A DNA stretch of 64,000 nt from Azolla caroliniana (taxonomy: Eukaryota; Plantae; Polypodiophyta), in contig JBHGNT010000016.1 of the NCBI GenBank assembly GCA_043228905.1, forward strand, positions 9,858,001 through 9,922,000. Reading direction: 5' to 3'. Of the stretch, positions 63,583 through 64,000 are shown piece after piece (positions within the stretch are counted from its first letter, which is position 1; each line of letters starts with the position of its first letter). The notes beneath the pieces are model-generated. The model was not told the DNA's origin, made no database searches, and saw only the letters and a program-made list of their open reading frames with translations. A program made the translations under genes and the position numbers.

Positions 63583-64000
63583 CTAACCCCCTTGGGAATG
63601 GCTCCACCCCCCACCCATTAACACTTTTGGCACGCCTGAACGGACAACCCTCCCTTTGAGAGGAAGTCTATCCCTCACACTCTGTCTTCATCACTAATCT
63701 CTCACTTTCCCTCTCTACGTGGTGTTTGTGTACCTGTGTTATAGAGTGTAGTTTGTGTGTGGAGTGTCTATGTGAGAGCTAGCCTGCTATGGAGATCTCA
63801 ACACTTCCTTCTACACTCTGATGGGGAAGAGTTTTTCTCAACAACAATGGCAAAGCTTCCTTTAAGAACTTACGAACTAGGTAACTTTAACTAGTTAAAC
63901 CTTCCTCTAAGAACTTAAGAACTGGGTAACTTTAACTAGTTGAAAGAAAGTTAGAGTTTTTCGTTTTCTGCATAGCCTTCTTCCCTGCAATTGAAACTTT
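63583..64000 (+). mobile_element. Element M: probable LTR end, PBS and 5' UTR of a further LTR retrotransposon
   Basis: ATTAACA (ends 63623), CTTT, then TGGCACGCCTGAACGGAC, resembling a tRNA-Arg-type PBS. No coding sequence in the window. Confidence 0.45.

Overview
This window is eukaryotic, plant-type heterochromatin made almost entirely of nested retrotransposons, and I found no host gene. From LTR pairs, primer-binding sites (PBS), polypurine tracts (PPT) and target-site duplications (TSDs) I resolved 14 insertions. There are four Ty3/gypsy elements with a tRNA-Trp PBS (A 1-12274, B 12279-21449, E 21462-29648, I 40796-62817) and two chromoviruses (G 31211-63582, J 49752-61483). There are also five Ty1/copia elements (C1, C2, F, H, K), one young non-autonomous LTR element (D), one near-full-length LINE (44025-49234) and a probable further LTR element (M) at the right edge. 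Nesting reaches G>I>J>K, with G probably inside M. The most notable signals are in the Trp-primed gypsy family. First, a GAU-UUU-stop site followed by a covarying H-type pseudoknot sits between protease and RT in A, B and E, which points to a -1 ribosomal frameshift. Second, the family's readable flanks are the 4-mer ACGG/CCGT: a 4-bp TSD for I, and a shared spacer where A and B sit head to head. Third, a covarying hairpin lies directly before the PPT. The LTRs of E, H, I and K carry CCGG-rich tandem arrays whose copy number differs between the two LTRs. The host is probably a non-flowering land plant, which is inference only. Element letters are my own labels, and coordinates and mismatch counts were read by eye.
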